64,000 bases of DNA from NCBI GenBank assembly GCA_025201805.1, contig MU619257.1:12615-76614 (forward strand), in the 5' to 3' direction. How positions within the stretch are numbered: the stretch's first letter is position 1; every line of letters starts with the position of its first letter. The position numbers were made by a program, and so were the translations under genes. Source of the stretch: Parasitella parasitica NRRL 2501. Lineage: Eukaryota > Fungi > Mucoromycota. This document shows positions 60,038-64,000 of this stretch, piece after piece. The notes below the pieces were generated by a model that worked only from the letters and a program-made list of their open reading frames with translations, did no database searches and was not told where the DNA came from.

Positions 60038-62575
60038 CTACATCATTGGATGTTCATCGATAAAGAGAAACTTGTTCATTTTTTGAGGATTGAAATAACG
60101 GAATCTTGCAGGAATCTTGCCATTTGCTTGTTGCTGCTGCTGATCAGGTGGAGCATATGCATTGAATTGTACAAAGGGAGGAGCTGTTGAGAAAGTAGCT
60201 TTTCGATTGCTAATTCCAGTGTTTTGCGGTAGTGGGATTTGCTGTTTGGTTGGTGTTGATGTTGGTCGCTGTAAGCTAAATTGATTTTGAAAAGAGATTG
60301 GTTTTCGTGATTGTTTAGAAATTTTTGCTGCTGTTTCTGTTGCTGTTGCTGTTGCTGTTGGTGAATTTGGCAATTTAATGAGTGATACTTCATGAGGATG
60401 AGGCTGATGGTCGTTGAAAATGGCATTTGGCTTGAGGTGAGCCAAGAAATAATCAGGCTTATTCTTCTTGTCGGCCTCATCTTGAGGGTGACGCTTGGCA
60501 GAATGATTAGTGCTGCCAACCAGTTGATGTCTACGGATTTCAACCTGAATCCAATCTGCTACTTGAAACCAATTCTTGCATGAAAAGCGGAATTCTCTTG
60601 TATTTTGTAAAACTTGGTACGATTTACTAAGCCCAACTACAAAGTCTTCCATCTTGACACCAGTCAATATCTTGGCTTGGTCTTCGACCGAGACACATGT
60701 GTCATAAATATCCATAGTAACAGAAATAACTTCAGCAGCACGCCATAGCTCATCACGATCAAAGGCACATCGTCCAACATCGGCCATATTGCAAGTTTTG
60801 ATGGCACTGAGCTGAGATAAAGCAGTAGACATACAGATATTGAGAGATTCCAAAGACGCTTGGCTAGGCCTTGGATCGTTCATTTCGGGTATAAACAACT
60901 TGTGCAAAATGATACGAGTAGCATTGTATTCTATGTTGACCCTCAGACAAGCCAAGAATAGATCTTCGCTTCCATATTCGAATCCACTGTCAAATACCAG
61001 ATATTGAGGCAGGGCACTATGGAAATCCAATAAGCGTCGATCATATTCAGCCAACTGTTCAACGGTCATTTCTGAATTCTGTTGGTCATACAAGGCGGCA
61101 ACAATGTCAGCCTGGATTTGCCACAGAGTAAGGCAATGAGCAAATGCAATGACACCAATTTCACCTTCGTCAATATCCTGTTCAAATACTTGAGGCAAGT
61201 CTACCTTGCCAGGAAACCTTGGCTGAGGCGTATTCTTTGGAGATCCAGCAGTATAAAGCGAGAAATCAGCTGCCCAGGCAAACCACCAAAGTCTAGTGTC
61301 CATTTCTTTGTCAAAAGAATCCATCTCTTCATTAGCCATACGTGGATAAATCTCCAATTCATGCAGTGCAGAACCAGCCAACCCAGCATAATGGTGTCTC
61401 TTGGAGGGTTCAGCACGCAGACTCATGAACAAAAGTGCAGCAATGGTGTAGCGGTCAGGCATGTCAAACGATTGAGATAGGCATTCTCTGGCCCGGCTAA
61501 AGAAAAACTCTTCTTGCTCTTGAAGCTTGTCTTGGTCTTTTAGAAAGTGGTTCAGTCCTCGCCGTGGGTGGTGTATTACCATATGACGGAATACATACGA
61601 GCAGATGGCGTTAACTATCAGAGTTTCTGTGGGGGCATCTTGTTGCTTATACCACACCATGAATTCATCTTTGCGCAGGATTGGTTTGAAGCGAACCCAG
61701 CAAGTGAAGTAGGTGTCGATGCAGGCATTGGCAATTTGTTCCAAGCTCGTCATTGAATCAAGGCTAGAGTGTGGATTTGAGATTTGACCAAGCCTGCATG
61801 TTGAAGCAAAGAAGTTTACTGGTTTGGTTTGGTTGCGCTTGTTTCGGTACAGCAACATTTTGTCTACGACCCGTGATTTCGATTCGGATTTATCATTGGA
61901 ATTGATATTAGAACAGCACATTTGACTGAAAGCATCAATGAGTGATCGTAAATCCGACGCATTAGAAATTTTTGCTTCCAAGTTGATCCCAACATCGCTG
62001 TAGGAAAATTTGATCTTGGACAATACATTTGTCAATTGAGTGGATGCGTCTAGGTTAACCGCACTGTGTTTGACAGGTGGTGAGTCGCTATTTTGAGTCG
62101 CGACATTAGACGGTCCATGTATAGGGCTTTGCATTGATTGAGCACTGTAGGTGTCGTCCTGCCAATAGTTGTTTGATGGAGGCGAGATGTGATCGTCCAG
62201 GCTTGATGGCTTGAGATAGTCGGCATTTATATTCGAGTAAGGAATGTCAATAGGTATTGCAGATGGGGTACCAGGAAACAGATAGTCCATGGATGTCGGT
62301 GACGATAGAATAGATGATTGGTATGGATAATACCGACTTGAGTCAAGTTGTGAACAAAAAGATTTTGGCCAATCTTGTTGCAGTTCCTGAGCCTGTTTTA
62401 GTTGTTGCTGCTGCTGCTGCTGCTGCTGCTGTTGTTGTTGTTGTTGCTCTTGTTGTTGCTCAATGCCATAGATTCCAATTGAAGATGTCTGCATGTACCA
62501 GTCAACCTGATCTTGCAGAGAAATCCCATTTGCTCTAATCCGCTTTGATGATCGTTCTACAGTATCAAAGGGCAT
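60038..62575 (-). CDS. Fungal-specific transcription factor domain (Fungal_trans/MHR) protein with poly-Q; no Zn2Cys6 cluster in the ORF
   Basis: ACIDTYFTCWVRFKPIL, FFSRARECL, TIAALLFM, TRLWWFAWAAD and RIILHKLF. CAG/CAA repeat at about 62400-62460. Confidence 0.85.
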   Translation of the reverse strand: MPFDTVERSSKRIRANGISLQDQVDWYMQTSSIGIYGIEQQQEQQQQQQQQQQQQQQQLKQAQELQQDWPKSFCSQLDSSRYYPYQSSILSSPTSMDYLFPGTPSAIPIDIPYSNINADYLKPSSLDDHISPPSNNYWQDDTYSAQSMQSPIHGPSNVATQNSDSPPVKHSAVNLDASTQLTNVLSKIKFSYSDVGINLEAKISNASDLRSLIDAFSQMCCSNINSNDKSESKSRVVDKMLLYRNKRNQTKPVNFFASTCRLGQISNPHSSLDSMTSLEQIANACIDTYFTCWVRFKPILRKDEFMVWYKQQDAPTETLIVNAICSYVFRHMVIHHPRRGLNHFLKDQDKLQEQEEFFFSRARECLSQSFDMPDRYTIAALLFMSLRAEPSKRHHYAGLAGSALHELEIYPRMANEEMDSFDKEMDTRLWWFAWAADFSLYTAGSPKNTPQPRFPGKVDLPQVFEQDIDEGEIGVIAFAHCLTLWQIQADIVAALYDQQNSEMTVEQLAEYDRRLLDFHSALPQYLVFDSGFEYGSEDLFLACLRVNIEYNATRIILHKLFIPEMNDPRPSQASLESLNICMSTALSQLSAIKTCNMADVGRCAFDRDELWRAAEVISVTMDIYDTCVSVEDQAKILTGVKMEDFVVGLSKSYQVLQNTREFRFSCKNWFQVADWIQVEIRRHQLVGSTNHSAKRHPQDEADKKNKPDYFLAHLKPNAIFNDHQPHPHEVSLIKLPNSPTATATATETAAKISKQSRKPISFQNQFSLQRPTSTPTKQQIPLPQNTGISNRKATFSTAPPFVQFNAYAPPDQQQQQANGKIPARFRYFNPQKMNKFLFIDEHPMM

Positions 62576-64000
62576 TTTGCTCTGGTTTGTATAAAAAGTA
62601 GAAAACAAAGAGAAGAGAAGAACAGCGGTGGGAAAATACAAAGATATTGAAAACTTGTTACACGAGTAACCTCTTCTGACTCAAGTATCCGTGATTGGAC
62701 ACACAATTTATAAGGAAAAGTATTGCAAGCAAGCTATAATTGAGGTCTGTATGTATAAGACCATCTGGATTACGATTTCTCTCTCCTACTGTCTGTCTGC
62801 TTGAAAAACGGCCATAAACATAGTGTCGACATACTGGTTGCAAAAATATTGTCTGTTTTCCGACTTTTCCGAATGCCACTCTTATCAAATTACTCCTCCG
62901 CCTGATGATTAGCATTTGCTTTGTACAAGTAAAGAATACACCCTTATCTTTGTCTGTAAAGGGCCCTAAGCTTATCGAGAGCAAATGAGTAGTGTTCCGT
63001 GAACCAATATATTGCTTATTTATCAGTACAAATTTAAACCATATTTCGGTATTCGTTGCCAAGATTTCCTGCCTTTTGCATTTACCTCCAGAGAAAAGGC
63101 TGATGACATTCAGATGTACAATGTCACAATAATGCAAACCAAGTATTGGTGGTACATTTGATTCGTGCTCCAGTGCCCATATTGAGTCGTTTGAACAATT
63201 TTAAATTGGATCTAGGGTAATTTACACTCTGATCAGCCGAGATACTGACTCCATTCATCAATTATATCTCTATTTGTATTATGTATCTTTTTGCAGTAAG
63301 CTTACATAAAAAAAAATGTGAGCTCATGTGAGTGATTTGTTACTGTTGCACCAAGAAAATTATTTTGATGATAATATAAATTCGCCAATTACATCGAAAA
63401 GTGTAGGATCGCCGAGAAACTTGGCTCATATGTCCCACCACCACGCAAAGAACACTTGCAACGATTTGACAAAAAGCCATCCATATGCGTGTTAGATATC
63501 CTTTGATTAATTTCGATCATTGCCCATAAAAAGCAAGGTATGGCAACGAAATAAAAGCTACCATGATTAAGCATTTGAGCAAATGCTAAAAAAAAAAACG
63601 TATATTAAAAGCCTTTATAGATGCTGGAAGCCGCTTACCAAGTTCAGTTTGTTATAACTTGAAATTTTTAACCGGAACACGCCACAATCCTCCGTCAGAT
63701 TTTATCAGATAACATCTTTTTTTTTTAATTTTAATGAAATTATAGCTAGCTCAATTGGTAGTAAACCGTATTGATGTTTGCAATAAAATGTCAATGCAAG
63801 GTTTGTGAAACCTCAAATCTATACAATTCAACGTCAAGACCGTTGGGCTTGACGAATGTCTGAAGCGTTGTACACACAACTACAGCAATTGCAAATAAAG
63901 TACACATTTCATCATGTTTCGGTGGAAAACAGAGACTAATGCTTTACCGTATATATTGTGAAAGGGTTTTTGATAACTCCGAGACACACGCTATTATCGT

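Noticed and set aside
63741-63830. TAGCTCAATTGGTAG, a tRNA A-box/D-arm look-alike
   Set aside because: No B-box (GTTCRA), acceptor stem or anticodon arm.

Overview
Eukaryotic, AT-rich, gene-dense fungal DNA with many short (about 50-70 nt) GT-AG introns. Gene content and transposon relics point to a Mucorales (Mucoromycota) genome; this is an inference. Recognisable host genes are guanine deaminase, a Cys-rich GPI-anchored protein, PSD1, NDUFA4/B12D (with an 8-nt micro-exon), eL28, BST1/PGAP1, an aldo-keto reductase, a MYST acetyltransferase, a CCX-type cation/Ca2+ exchanger, a BTB-BACK protein, an NPP phosphodiesterase, POL31/POLD2, ORC6, a VC0807-like membrane protein, a GT8-GT64 fused glycosyltransferase, TOM22, MRE11, MED17/SRB4 and a Fungal_trans transcription factor with no visible Zn2Cys6 cluster. 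Mobile DNA includes an open Tc1/mariner transposase running off the left edge, a decayed IS630/Tc1 copy next to an assembly gap, and a Fanzor/TnpB C-terminal relic between NPP1 and POL31. A nested element cluster at about 33.7-41.5 kb holds an LTR, a near-perfect 0.68-kb inverted duplication, a LINE 3' fragment, a split Rpn-like PD-(D/E)xK nuclease gene and a periodic subterminal repeat array. The most notable items are the GT8-GT64 fusion (joined inside one exon), the Fanzor relic, the Rpn-like nuclease with its inverted duplication, and two repeat copies that differ by a precise GT-AG intron. All exon structures were read by eye and family calls come from motif recognition, not database searches.
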